A stretch of DNA of 64,000 bases from Octopus bimaculoides (lineage: Eukaryota), in the NCBI RefSeq assembly GCF_001194135.2, contig NC_068987.1:13599454-13663453 (forward strand), written 5' to 3'. A program made the translations under genes and the position numbers. Below, one piece after another: positions 25,701 to 38,893 of this stretch; within the stretch, counting starts at the first letter, position 1, and each line of letters opens with the position of its first letter. The notes beneath the pieces are model-generated. The model made no database searches. It saw nothing but the letters and a program-made list of their open reading frames with translations, and was not told the origin of the DNA.

Positions 25701-26424
25701 CCTTTACAGTGAATGTTATGTTACCACAAGCTGACAAATCTTTTTAAAACTTGTTTTACAACACAAGCACACAAACTAAGTAAACAATCTAATTTAAACA
25801 AGGAGAACAGAAATTAAATCTACTTCTCAAAAGAGTTATTTAATTTAGCACAGAGGACGTTGAGTGCTATAAAACACATTCTACTGAATAATGGTTTCCA
25901 TTCCTTAAATTACGATAAACATTTACATTACAATAACATCTTTAAAAAGTAACTAGGATATCAGGAATGAAATTTAAAGGGCTAAACATTCACATACAAA
26001 TCATTTCATACTCTCAGTGAAGTGCTGTTCTACAGTTTGGTGAAGGACATCATGAAATGATATGGTACTGGAGATTCTAGCGCCGGATAATTAATAAAAT
26101 GCATGATCTGACAGCAAATTCAATCTTAATTTACTATTGCAGATGTAACTGCAGAAAGAAAGGAAGCCAAATTCATCATCATCATTTAATGACCATTTTC
26201 CATGTTAACATAGGATGGATGACATGACAAGAACTGGTAAACCAGAGGGTTATTTCAGGTTCCAGTTGTCTATTTTGGCAAGGCTTCTACAGGTGGATGC
26301 TCTTCCCAATGCCAATCACCTTACATAGTGTTTCTTTTTTACATGGCACCTGCACAGGTGGTAATTACATGGTGCCAGCATAAGTTTTTTTATGTGGTTT
26401 GGCAAAAGAGACAGGTGTTTTTGT

Positions 26425-26686
26425 TTTTGAGACTGCTACTTATTCTGTTGTGCTTTTCGGTCAAACAGCTACATTGCAAAGATGTAAACAAACCAACACC
26501 AGTTGTCAGGCAGTGAGGAGGCGGTACAAACACAGACACACACACATACACAACAGGCTTCCACATAGTTTCCATCAACCAAATTCACACCAAGGCACTG
26601 GTTTGTAGAAGGCACCCAAAGTGCCACACTGAACCTGAAATCTCATGGTTCCAAAGCAAGCTTTTTAACCACACAGCCATTCCTAT
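26425..26686 (-). mobile_element. SINE family A, diverged
   Basis: tacttattctg...gatgtaaacaaaccaacaccagttgtc...ttaaccacacagcc. Confidence 0.75.
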
Positions 26687-26853
26687 TATGTGTGTGTGTG
26701 GGGTGTATAATGATTAGGTATCTGGGATTGTACGTCTATTTCCACCTATTTGCCACACCCATATACCAAGAAGCAAGGGAAGATTTAAATTTAACATCCG
26801 CAGACAGGCGGCTGTTTTAGTAATTCACACACGGGGGGGAAAAAAATACTTAC

Positions 26854-26886
26854 AGAAGATATGCTAAAGGAGGAGTTATGTGTCAT
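26854..26886 (-). CDS. PPFIA: Candidate alternative first coding exon of liprin-alpha (MTHNSSFSISS)
   Basis: ATG plus exactly 11 codons ends at a TCT|gtaagt donor in phase 0, in frame with exon 13191-13265. In-frame TGA 30 nt upstream. Lies downstream of a CpG-rich promoter-like segment. No homology or RNA support available. Confidence 0.4.
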
Positions 26887-27379
26887 AAGATGGAATGAAT
26901 CTATTGGAATTTTTCAGAATTTTGTTTTGTAATCTAATTTCCAGGTTTCCTGAAAAACTGCTTTACATAAACATTTAAATACTACTATTTCCTCTTAAAA
27001 TCCACATATTTTTATTAAATGTAAGAAGAAAAAAAGATGCAAAGTTAACAAAGGGACAAAAGTTAAACAACTTAGAAGTAGAAAACACACACATACACAA
27101 ACACACATACATATTCGGTGGGGTGGGGGTGCATATTTACACCCAATGCAACAACTCAAGAACATAAATAGTACGCATCTTATCAATCCCAGAGAGACCA
27201 AGTTAGCATGGAATGGATTTTGATGGAAAACAATGAAGTAATAAACGAGATACTGCATATCTCTGGTACCAGACTTAACATTCTACAGGCTCAAGACAAT
27301 CATTTCCAAAGATCTGATAACATTCCCATAATTCAACCCTGGTATTTTCGTAACCCAATGTGCTTTAATTCACACACTG

Positions 27380-27860
27380 ATGCATATATAACAACAAAAA
27401 ACCGCTGCACATTTTTACAGCGTGCGTCCAATAAATACTGAATCGCCAAAAAGGAAAACCAGTTACACAAAAATGCCCCGCCCTGCCTCACCCTACCATT
27501 GCCAGGAAAAAGAAAAAAAAAAAAAGATGCAAAGAGAAATGGAAATGAAGCTCTATGATATGAGAGTCTGTGGTAAGAACGATGTAGCAATGTATAGAAG
27601 GGAGTGGCTATGCACAATTTAATTAGTAGACAATGTTATAACGACCAACGTATGTTGCACTGCAACAACATATATTTAGCAAGTGTGGTGGGGGAGTGGG
27701 GGAGTAGCGGTGTGTGAGAGAAATAGCTGTAATAATTGCACTTATGGTCACAATGCCAATCAATAATGGGATAGACCGATAGCAGCAAGGGCAACGGTAG
27801 CCATGTTATATAGATAGCTATCAATCAGACTCGCTGAACAGTGGTGTGATCGCGTGACTC
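27380..27860 (-). promoter_or_regulatory. CpG-retaining promoter-like unique segment inside the 28-kb intron
   Basis: About 14 CpGs in ~480 nt in otherwise CpG-poor DNA. GC box ccccgccc 27476-27483, CCAAT motifs, palindrome gatagctatc 27813-27822, gatcgcgtga motif. Confidence 0.4.
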
Positions 27861-27934
27861 TCTACTTAGCAGTTTAGAGAATAAATACAAAGTTTATTAT
27901 AATAGTCCTTCTTGATAGATTTTTGTTATCATTA

Positions 27935-28155
27935 TTTAGGCTGTGAGCTGGTAGAATTGTTAGCATCCCAGGCAAAAACGCTTAGTGGTATTTCAGTCAT
28001 CACTACATTCTGAGTTCAAATTCCACTGAGGTTGGCTTTGCCTTTTGTCCCTTTTGGTGTCAATAAATTAAGTGCCAGTGAAACACTGGGGGTCAATGTA
28101 ATCGACTAGTCCCCTCCCACCAAATATCAGGCCTTGTGCCTTTAGTAGAAAAGGA
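27935..28155 (+). mobile_element. SINE family B, full length
   Basis: gagctggtagaattgttagca...ttctgagttcaaattcc...ggccttgtgcctttagtagaaa. Confidence 0.85.
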
Positions 28156-28185
28156 AATAAAAAAGGAAACATTTTCTATCAACTG

Positions 28186-28520
28186 GGTGCAGGTGTGGAT
28201 GTGTGGTTTAGAAGCTTGCTTTGCATGCATTTGGTTTTGGGTTCAGTCCCACTCCATAGCACCTTTGGGCAAATGTTTTCTACTATAGTGCCAGGCTGAC
28301 CAATGCCTTGTGAGTGAATTTGGTAGACAGAAACTGCAAGGAAGCTTGTTGAGTGTGTGTCTTTGTTTGTTCCTTTCAACCACTTGACAACCAATACTGG
28401 TTCGTTTATGGCCCAGTAACTTAGCAGTTCAGCAAACAAACCAGGAAAAGTGCCTGGTTTAAAAGTACTAGGGCTGATTTGTTTAACTCAAACCCTTTAA
28501 GGTGGTGCCCCAGTGCCAGC
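28186..28520 (+). mobile_element. SINE family A, older full-length copy
   Basis: Head ggttcagtcccact, CORE gcacctttgggcaaatg, tail ggtggtgcccca. Confidence 0.8.
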
Positions 28521-30056
28521 TTTGACAAAGTTTCAACAGTTGGATGCCCTTTGTAATGCTAACCACTTTACAGTGTGTAACAGGTGCTTTTTTTTACATG
28601 CCACCAGCACAAGGTTGCAAAGTAAGCTGTAACACAGAAAAAAAACAAGCTCTCACTACTAAGTGGAGGGAGTATTTGAGAGGAGGAGGTGACTATGCCA
28701 GGTGTTGGAAGGCGAAGTGTAGTATAGGGACAGACATAGATGTCTTACTATAGAGGAGATACAAGGCCAGTCCACATTACACATGAGTTGTGGGAGGAGT
28801 TGGGAAGGAAAAAAGATTGCACTGATCAAGTGCCAAAGCAAACTCTCAGGGTACAAGAACGTGAACAGAGAGAGGGTGTGGATAGCAGCTCAGGGGAGGG
28901 AAGGGGAGAGAGAGTACTTAAGTGTGAGGGGAAAGTGATGGCTGGATGGATGGACAGACAAATGGATGGCTGGACAGATAGACAGAGAAATGGATGGATG
29001 GATAGAAAGAAGGATGAATAGATAGACAAACAGATACATACCTACATATATATATACAAACAAACAAACAAACAAACAAACCCAGATAAAAGTACTTGTG
29101 TAAACAGTATCAACATTTGTTTGTAAATTAGTCATGTTAATAATTTGTAGATGATGATGAATACTAGAAACATTTGAAGACATTTTAAAAGATTTTACAA
29201 GAATTTTGGTTTATTCAGTTTTAGCTTATATATTAGACTACAACAATAATGGAGAGAGAGAGAGAGAGTTGTGTAATCTCCAGAAACACCAAAATTGTAT
29301 AGGGAATTCTTCTATAGAAATCCTCGTCCGTTAAGTACATCACTTCTGAATGCTGTCACAAGATGGTGGTTTGTTTGTTTGTTTGTTTGTTTTCTTGCAA
29401 ACACCTTCACACCTTCATATTAGATGACAAGACAAAAACATTCAACAGCCATTTGATACACAACCAAAGAACTAAAAGACATTTTTCTTTTTCATTTTTA
29501 ACAGATTTCAGGTTGTTTTCTTTGCTTGGAATTGTATTGCGACATTTGAATAAGAATTACAAACAAAAAACCACATTTATTAAATGCTTATTTTATGATT
29601 GTAAATTTAATGAGGTATTTAATGGGGAGTAGCTAGCTATCTTTTCAAGCAAGTTGTATTGGAAACACAAGTATAGTCAGTTTATTAAAATTTTCTATCA
29701 AACCTTCAGATCTTAGCTTGTCACCATTTAAAGTAACTGCTGTACAGAAATTTCTGACATGCCTGAGTTTCCAAAGTTTAACACTCAATCTCAGAATTCG
29801 GTTTATATTGATGCATTCAAATTCTAGCTTAGAATGTATGCTCTCTGTTGGTTTTGCCCGACGTTGTCTATTATATTGGAGTACTACTAGTTACAAAGTC
29901 GTAAACGTATGCTGAAAGACTTGAAGCCAATGACCTGAGATTGTGTATTGTGCCCAAGCCTTGCAATGTTGTATTCATGATTAAAACATACATACAATGT
30001 GATACTGGTTTTTAATTTTATTACTATTCTGTAATTTTATATTACAAGGACTATCA

Positions 30057-30279
30057 GACAAATGAATGAGTGCTACAAGTCAGTGAAAGACAACGACTCG
30101 TGAAACAAAAGCTCATCTATTAGGGCCATATTTGAAGAAGCAAACTTCTGGAAAACATTATCATGGAAGGAAGAGTAGGGGTGGTAGATCAAGAGTGGCA
30201 AGGCAGCTGGAGAATTTGTGCTTAATCCATAAGACTTTTATAGTGTGTCATCAAGGCACTGCAGGAGTATGATGATGAA

Positions 30280-30280
<1 letters not shown>
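30057..30280 (+). mobile_element. RTE-clade LINE 3' remnant
   Basis: TNE*VLQ...KQKLIY*GHI*RSKLLENIIMEGRVGGGRSR resembles the RTE ORF2 C-terminus (YFGHIxR..LEKxIMEGKVxGxR). Short gat tail. Confidence 0.7.
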
Positions 30281-30317
<37 letters not shown>

Positions 30318-31292
30318 NNNNNNNNNNNNNNNNNNNNNNNNNNNNNNNNNNNNNNNNNNNNNNNNNNNNNNNNNNNNNNNNNNNNNNNNNNNNNNNNNNN
30401 NNNNNNNNNNNNNNNNNNNNNNNNNNNNNNNNNNNNNNNNNNNNNNNNNNNNNNNNNNNNNNNNNNNNNNNNNNNNNNNNNNNNNNNNNNNNNNNNNNNN
30501 NNNNNNNNNNNNNNNNNNNNNNNNNNNNNNNNNNNNNNNNNNNNNNNNNNNNNNNNNNNNNNNNNNNNNNNNNNNNNNNNNNNNNNNNNNNNNNNNNNNN
30601 NNNNNNNNNNNNNNNNNNNNNNNNNNNNNNNNNNNNNNNNNNNNNNNNNNNNNNNNNNNNNNNNNNNNNNNNNNNNNNNNNNNNNNNNNNNNNNNNNNNN
30701 NNNNNNNNNNNNNNNNNNNNNNNNNNNNNNNNNNNNNNNNNNNNNNNNNNNNNNNNNNNNNNNNNNNNNNNNNNNNNNNNNNNNNNNNNNNNNNNNNNNN
30801 NNNNNNNNNNNNNNNNNNNNNNNNNNNNNNNNNNNNNNNNNNNNNNNNNNNNNNNNNNNNNNNNNNNNNNNNNNNNNNNNNNNNNNNNNNNNNNNNNNNN
30901 NNNNNNNNNNNNNNNNNNNNNNNNNNNNNNNNNNNNNNNNNNNNNNNNNNNNNNNNNNNNNNNNNNNNNNNNNNNNNNNNNNNNNNNNNNNNNNNNNNNN
31001 NNNNNNNNNNNNNNNNNNNNNNNNNNNNNNNNNNNNNNNNNNNNNNNNNNNNNNNNNNNNNNNNNNNNNNNNNNNNNNNNNNNNNNNNNNNNNNNNNNNN
31101 NNNNNNNNNNATATTTATTTTTTTATATATTATTTTTTTTATATATTATTTTCTTCAATTTGTACTTCTTTGTAAAAAACATTTTCATTCTCCCTCTTCT
31201 TGAAAATTTGCTATGCAATGAAAGCCGGTTAGAAATCTTTATTAAAATATGCTTCCAGTTTAGCATTCTGCCTTATTATTTTTCATTTTCCT

Positions 31293-31324
<32 letters not shown>

Positions 31325-31789
31325 GGTATTAGACCTGCCCCTCCCATACCCATTCCTGTATATTAACAACCATGTCATCCTGCTTCCATCCTCCCCCACT
31401 GACAACTGTCATCTTTACTACTCCTGCTGCTTCCCTTCAGCTTCTCTCTAACTCTTACCAACTTATGGGTCCTTGCAGAGCCACCCTTCAACCCTACCCT
31501 TTCTTGTAGTCTGTCTCTTCCATCTCTTCCCCTCATTTTCCTTCCCATACAATCTAGCAAACCAATTCTTCAACTCAACTTGTGCCTTATGGAGGGGCCA
31601 TCCCAACATCACATCACCATTATTTATCTCTTGCAGCTCCCACTGTTCATTTTTCTTTTTCTCGCCCCTTCCCAGAGTAGGTGTGCATAGCCATGCAGAT
31701 CCTCTATAAGAACCTGAATCCATCCCCTGTAGTTCAATACCCTCATCCATTAGTATGAAGCTGACACTCCACCCCACAAGAGTTGTAGT

Positions 31790-32115
31790 TCTGCAAGCTG
31801 TATGGCAACCTCAATAATGCAGGTGGCATGAAAAATGTACTCAACTCGCACTGTAAAGTGGTTAGACCTTGGACATATCAGATCCTATCAAACCCCCTAA
31901 CACATGCCAGCATGGAAGATGAACATTAAATGATGATGATGATAGTATATACATATATTACACTCTCGGAGTGGTTGGCGTTAGGAAAGGCATCCAGCTG
32001 TAGAAACTTTGCCAGATCAGATTGGAGCCTGGTGCAGCCTTCTGGCTCACCAGTCCTCAGTCAAACCATCCAACCCATGCCAGCATAGAAAGCAGACATT
32101 AAACAATGATGATGA
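31790..32115 (+). mobile_element. Two tandem family C 3' parts
   Basis: An older copy ends at 31945; a young copy spans 31960-32115. Confidence 0.8.
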
Positions 32116-35100
32116 TCATCATCATCTTGTGTAAGTATATATATANNNNNNNNNNNNNNNNNNNNNNNNNNNNNNNNNNNNNNNNNNNNNNNATATATAT
32201 ACACACACACACGATATAGTCAAGTAAATTTTATTATTTTGTAATTACATACACAAACATAAAATTATTTTTTAAAAAAGCGAAAATGAAAATAACAGTT
32301 ATAGACGTTATAATATTGCTACAATAACTCTATAACATTGTAATGCTCAAGGCATGACATAATCTCAGATCAAACCATTTCCCAAACAACAGAAATTCAA
32401 GAACTTTTAATATAAATAAGACTGGGTGGGTGAGGAGGATAACACAGCATTTGTATTAGTTGCTGGGGGCACACTTTATTGATTGTGTGCGTATGCATAG
32501 CCTCTTCTTTCTCAAATGAGTATGTCTACCTGATTTTAACTGAAGTTTTAATCTCTACAGTATGTCACATGTTCCGCAGATTAGTTGTGAGCTGGTTAGC
32601 AAGCACTCCAGTCAGACTGCTTCTAATTTCCAACATAGAAAACAAGCATATCTTGATTGGAACCGTTTTCAACATGAATTCATGCAAATTCAGTAAACTA
32701 TAAACCAGTCATGGACAAACTGCAGCCCATTTCTGAATGGCGTACCCAACATAAAAAAAAAAAAACTACCTTTAATTTTTTTAATAGTTTGGCTCACCTG
32801 AAGATGAACCATGTTTTAAGCACCTGCTTCTTGAAGAAGGTTTCCTTGTGCCCTTCATTTTTAATGCAACTGATATTTAACATTGTACCCATGCAAACAC
32901 TAAATTAAAGCAAAAAAGAGCAACAACAACAAAAAACCCAGCAGACCCTCTAACAAACCTAGAACCATATACCTTTAGGTAGCAGTAGGGGTTAGGTGTT
33001 TATTTTTTATCTTTTATTTATCAAATCAATGATTACATGAATATAATCTATAAAAATTGATGTTAAAAAATGTTATCCCTTAATTCACATATTTTATACA
33101 TTTACCTATTTTACACATTGGACTGTGGATATGCTGGGATATTCAAGGTTTTTAATTGATCCTAGCAACAACCAGTACTTATTTCAGTCTAGTACTTATT
33201 TTATCAATCTCTGTTTGTTGAGTGGCTCAGATACAAAAAAACACACCTGAGTACATTGGCTTATACCTTGGGGGGGAGTAGTCTTGCGATCTGCTGGCAG
33301 CCTCACTAATGCTGGTAGCACTAAAAAGCACCCAGTGCACATTGTAAAGTGGCTGACATTAGGAAGGGCATCCATCTGTAGAAACCATATCAATGCAGAC
33401 AATGGAACACATGCAGTCTTTGAGTTCATTGGATCTTGTCAAAGTACCCAACCCATGCCAGCACGGAATGTGCTGCAGAGTTTCCATCAACTAAAGTTCA
33501 CACATGTGATATCAATCAACCCAAGACACTTGCCCAAAGTGCTATGCAATAGGATGAAACCCAAAGTCATGTGGCTTGAAAGCAACCCTCTTAACTACGC
33601 AGTTAAGCCTACACTTACAGGTAAGTCTAACTCAACAACTATATTAACAACACATAACAATTACACCTAACCAGATTATCTACGTGCAGAAGATTATTAT
33701 TTGTTATTCTCAAAAATGCAAATTTTTATATAACTAGAGTTTTAACTTCAGTAATGACTATGAAATTATCTCTTTGAAAAATCATAATTGTATGAGTTTA
33801 ATGTATTTAAATGTTTCACAGAATCAAAGTTATATTCCCATTAAAAACATGAATTAAAAGAAAAGGAAAAAAGAAAGAAAAAAATCAGATACTCTCATAG
33901 ATTCAAAAATAAACCTTTGTGTATGATTTATTTCTTGGAGTAACATTTTAGAAAATTCATTTCTATACAAGAGCAATCACATCGAGACAGATATAAAAGA
34001 TAAAAATAATAAAAAGAATGCATTAGTTATAATCCATTAATGTGGAAATATTAGTTAATCATACTGTCTGATATGAATACAGAAAATGTTAATACAGCTG
34101 TTAAATTAGAATATTAAACCAGTTGATATCACATAACTAAGCTTGGTGAATTCTGGAGACAGATATATCGACGAAGAATAGAAGCAGAAAAAAGAGAAGA
34201 CTGCTCAGTTGCAACTATTCCAATATTGACACAAAACAAATGATATTCTGACGTGGGGGATTTTTCAGTTGATTTTTGTGAAAATTATGCACTTAGTTTA
34301 TACATAATAATCTTAGAGAATTATTGAGAGAATATTCCAAGTAATAAATATGTAACTGAAAGAAGTACCATATTTTCCGGTCTATAAAATAGATTGGTAT
34401 TTAAGCTGCAGGACTGAATTTGGAGGAAAATTTTGGTTTTATCCACACATGAAGCGCACCAGTGTTTAAAAGACCTTTAAGCGCTACAGGTCCGTAGCTA
34501 GCTTTTTTGTTGTTGATGGGTATGTAGTTTCAAAAATACCTTATTTTACAACTATGAGAGGTATTGTTATTGTTATGATTTTATCTCACTATAATCAACA
34601 AACACATACATCACTATCAAAGTCTTTATTAGATTAAAAATAACATTATCAAAACATGAAGGTAAAACAAAACAAATATGCTTTGTTTTCTTCTGGGCAC
34701 CAATGTACTGTAGCAGTAGTCTTTTACGTTGTTCACCGACCAACCTTTCCTCTGAAAAATATCAGTGGAATCATTCGATCTCCATACACAAATTATTTTC
34801 CTCCAGAAACTTATAAAAAATACACAAACTAGGTACACCTTTCCATAAGCTGCACACTTAATTTCCCAGGTAAAAAAAAATAACGGCTTATACACCAAAA
34901 AATACGGTATACAAAGTTTATTTATAAAACGATCTATATTTCTGTATGTACAAATCTATGAATGCTATTACAACTTTTTTGGAAATATGCAAATAATTGC
35001 TATAAAGGAATAATTTGAAATTAACAGAGCCAGAGAAAGAGAGACAGCATTCAGTTCACTGGTAGAATAAATTGTACTACAACTGCAACCAACAACAACT

Positions 35101-35994
35101 CATTTTCAATTTTCTGTTACTATATTTTGCAAATTCAACATATGCAGACAAATGGCTGCTTGCATAATCCTCTCTGGATCAAATGCTTAAATTAAGATAG
35201 GCTAAGAACCAGAATACAATTGTTATTTAAATATAAAACATTTAACAAATATTTAAACGCTGCCAATATAGTACATAGAAGGATTAAAAGAGTAGACAAC
35301 CAAAGACAAAAACAAAATCTTGATAGCAATTAGATCCAATAAAACTCCTTGCTCATAGAATGAAGTTATTTCTTTGAGGCTAGGATGCAACCAACAGATT
35401 ATATCTGATGGTTGTTTATGAAAAGAATTTTTCCTCTTAATAAAAGCAAGAAATTCATACTGAAGTTTATTGCATTAATACTAAAGGGTAAACCTACAAG
35501 AATTCAGAAATTAAAGATTGAATTGTCTACAACATGAATTCTCAACAAAATATTCTTTATATAAATGTTTATATAAAGAAATTGGCATATTCAATCATTT
35601 GATATCTATTGATTGCTACACTGTGTAAGAAGTATATAAGATAATTAAACAAACTTACAGGAAAATAAGGAACTTTATATTGCAAAGTATAGATATATTC
35701 TAGTTTTCAGAATATATGCATATATGGACATTTAGATTATCAAACTGATATGAAAGTAACAGAATAATTAACATGTGCACACTAGTCTCATGAAATTTCA
35801 TCCAAATATTATTATAAATTTAGTGTAGGATAATTAGTTAAAGTTCCAAGTGATGACCATCCAATGCTATAACCAATTGTTCTGTAATATACCAGTTATT
35901 ACTAAGAGATAGAGACATGAAGATAGAATTTAGTTATTATTGCTCCTGACCAATCAGACATGATAGAACAGATCAAATGACTTTCATCTGTAGC

Positions 35995-36170
35995 CATCTC
36001 CAATCTTCTTTTGGACACCCACAAATGAACCTCCTGTGAAGGTATACATCAACCAGTCAATGGATCACACTGGATGTCACTGATGAGAACTATTACAAGC
36101 ATTGAATGATGAAGATTAACTGAAGGATCAGGATCATGGAAGTTCAAGCAAACACGACCTGATGGTGATG
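35995..36170 (+). mobile_element. RTE-clade LINE 3' remnant, different family
   Basis: IFFWTPT...YINQSMDHTGCH..ELLQALNDED...RIRIMEVQANTT* followed by a tga tail resembles LLWTPT..TYIQQL.EDTGC..EDLPEAMNDRE.WRERVRDIRA..TT*. Confidence 0.6.
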
Positions 36171-36669
36171 ACAATAAAGGGAATACTATAACTCAGACAT
36201 TATCCAATGTGTCCTTTCTTTTCAAGTGGTAAAATTATGATTTGAGAGAAGGATGGTAGCAAGTCAAGAGACCCTGTGGAGACTTGCTCATTAACCTATG
36301 ATTATTGCCTTTGTATGGCTTATCTTCTTAAACTCTTTCGCTTGTTTCAGTCATTGGACTGCAGTCATACTGGGGCACCACCTTAAAAGATTTAAATCTT
36401 TTTGTGTGCATAAATGCGTACCAGGTGTGGAAATATTAACTGCCACAGATTGACAGGTATTTGGTGGTGATGGAGGTCTCTCTTTTGTCTCTTTTATGCT
36501 AACAGACTGGAACTAAATGTTGACTAGTGATAAATTTCCACAATTATAAAAGACATATTTCTTTATCATTTTTATTTTCTCAAGCCTTAGGACTCATAAG
36601 GCTGGTTGCCTGGTTTCCATGGCATATAATGTGATCAAGTTCAAGGCCAGCAATTTTTTAGGAGAGAAG

Positions 36670-36850
36670 AAAAAAACCAATATCAACTGATTCCAGCACT
36701 TGACTAGTACTATATTTTTATCAACCTCAAAGGGACAAAAAGCAAAGCTGACCTTGCAGGATCTGAACCCAGAATGTAGACAGCCAGAAGAAATGCCACT
36801 AAGAAATGCCACATTTTGTTGAATGTACTAGAAATTCTGCCAACTCACTG
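36670..36850 (-). mobile_element. SINE family B, diverged
   Basis: tcaacctcaaagggacaaaaagcaaagctgacc...gaaattctgccaactcac. Confidence 0.7.
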
Positions 36851-38511
36851 CACTTATCTAATCTATTACTAATCTCTATTTTATCAATGTGATGCTGCAT
36901 TAAGCTGGATAGAATAAAATTGTACAGCATAAAAATTTAAAAAAATAAAAATAATAATAATAAATAAAAATCAGAAATGTATTATCACACTTCCTTTTCT
37001 CCCAGACAACTAACTGCAAACAAAAGATTTAAACATAAAACTGCACTCAATGCACATTAGTGCATTTTTTAAATTAGAATTATCCTTCAGTCTGAAATGT
37101 TTGCCAATTTCAGTTCTCGTATTTCTAGTATTTAAATTCGTAAGTAGATACATTAAGGCCGCTGTCAATATAGAACTGATAATATAAGATTGTAAGAGAC
37201 TTTTATTACAAATATCAAACTACAAGCTAAATTTACTGGCACAAGTCCATCTCGGAGAATAAACTAAAACAGTAGATGACATCATAAGCAAAAAATAATT
37301 CATGAGTAAAAAGACTAATCTTGGCAGAAATTCAAGCAACAAATTTTTTTATCCAAAGTATGTAACCAGGCGGTGAAAGAACTGAAACGAGTTCCACTAT
37401 CAGATCTTACACAATGAGTCTTTATAAGCTTATCTAATATGAAATTATACTTGTTTATACATTTAATTTATTTATCCGCCAGCTTTACTTAACCAATCAT
37501 AAAATACTTTCTGTCAAAATATATGCATGAATATAAATTAAGCTCTGTAATTTAAATACGCAAGCAGAATTTCTTTTGCTTTCCTAAGGAAACATCAAGT
37601 TTATGAAAATAAATATAGATTACAAAAATAACAATTTCAAAATTAGTTAAGAAGAGAAACAAAAGCATATATTGTCTCAAACTCAAAATATCTAAATGCT
37701 CGAATAATGTCATTTATTAAAAAATAAATGTTGAAACAAATAAAATGATTAGCTAAAATATAGAAGGCAACAGCCAAAAGGTTCTAATGTTGAACAAAGG
37801 GTTTAATAAGTTAATGTGTACTTTACACTTTTTGAAACTCAACTAAATACAATACACAAAATTATTCTAAAACAAAACTACTCATTGCAGCGTTCACACA
37901 AGACCTTCATTTGTTTGAGCATGTGTACGCACAGTGCACATATACATTTAAAAATGCATGTTTACACATTGTGCACACATGCATTTAATAATGCACTGCT
38001 AAATAATAGTGCAAGCAATCTATGAAATCCCTTTTCCTGGGTTGATATCGTTTAAAATTGAAGCTAACCTTATGGTATGTTATCATGAAGAAATAACTAA
38101 TGCAATATCAATTTATTTCACAAGCTGTAGTAATGTGAAAGCAATTTCCAATGCAATCTGTCACAAATTCTGCAATTATACATCATTGTAACAACAGCTG
38201 CAACAAGTTATGGTTGTTTTGACAGTAAGAAAGACAGCTAAACTTTTAAAACATTTATATATACATGATTAAAAGATTCATTTACATTGTAAGACAATCT
38301 GTTAGGTGTTGAATTTGATAAGGAAAATATAAACATACACTGGCATAGTTTAATTATAATTTCAGAACATTTAATAAAAGATGCTTTGTGAGACGAAACA
38401 CTTCCATTTATGCTTCATATAATTTTACCCAGGAATAATTTATCAATCTTCAGCGTGGGCTAAAATTTCATTTCTTAAGTCACTATTATGTAAACTGTAT
38501 CAGTATTTCTA

Positions 38512-38893
38512 TCTTTTACTTCTTTCGATCATTGGACTGCAGCCATGCTGGCAAACCACCTTCAAGAGTTTAGTTGAACAAGTCAAAGCTGGTACTTATT
38601 TTAAATTAAGCACTTATTCTATTGGTCTTTTTTTTAAACAAAATGCTAAATTGAAGGGATGTAAACAAACCCACACCAACTGTCAACTGGTCATGGGAGA
38701 CAGGCATAAACACACACAAGCATATATAAAACAGGTTTCCACACAGTTTCTATCTATCAAATTCATTCACAAGCCATTGATCAGCTTGTGGGTATAGCAG
38801 AAGACACTTGCCCAAGGTTCCACACAGTGAGATTGAACCCAAAGCCATGCACTTACAAAGGAAACTTCTTATCCATACAGCCATACATGCACT
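38512..38893 (-). mobile_element. SINE family A, older full-length copy
   Basis: All modules present but diverged. Confidence 0.8.

Noticed and set aside
34629-34898. 89-aa minus-strand ORF with an internal tttttcag acceptor
   Set aside because: No matching donor in a compatible phase and no liprin-like sequence.
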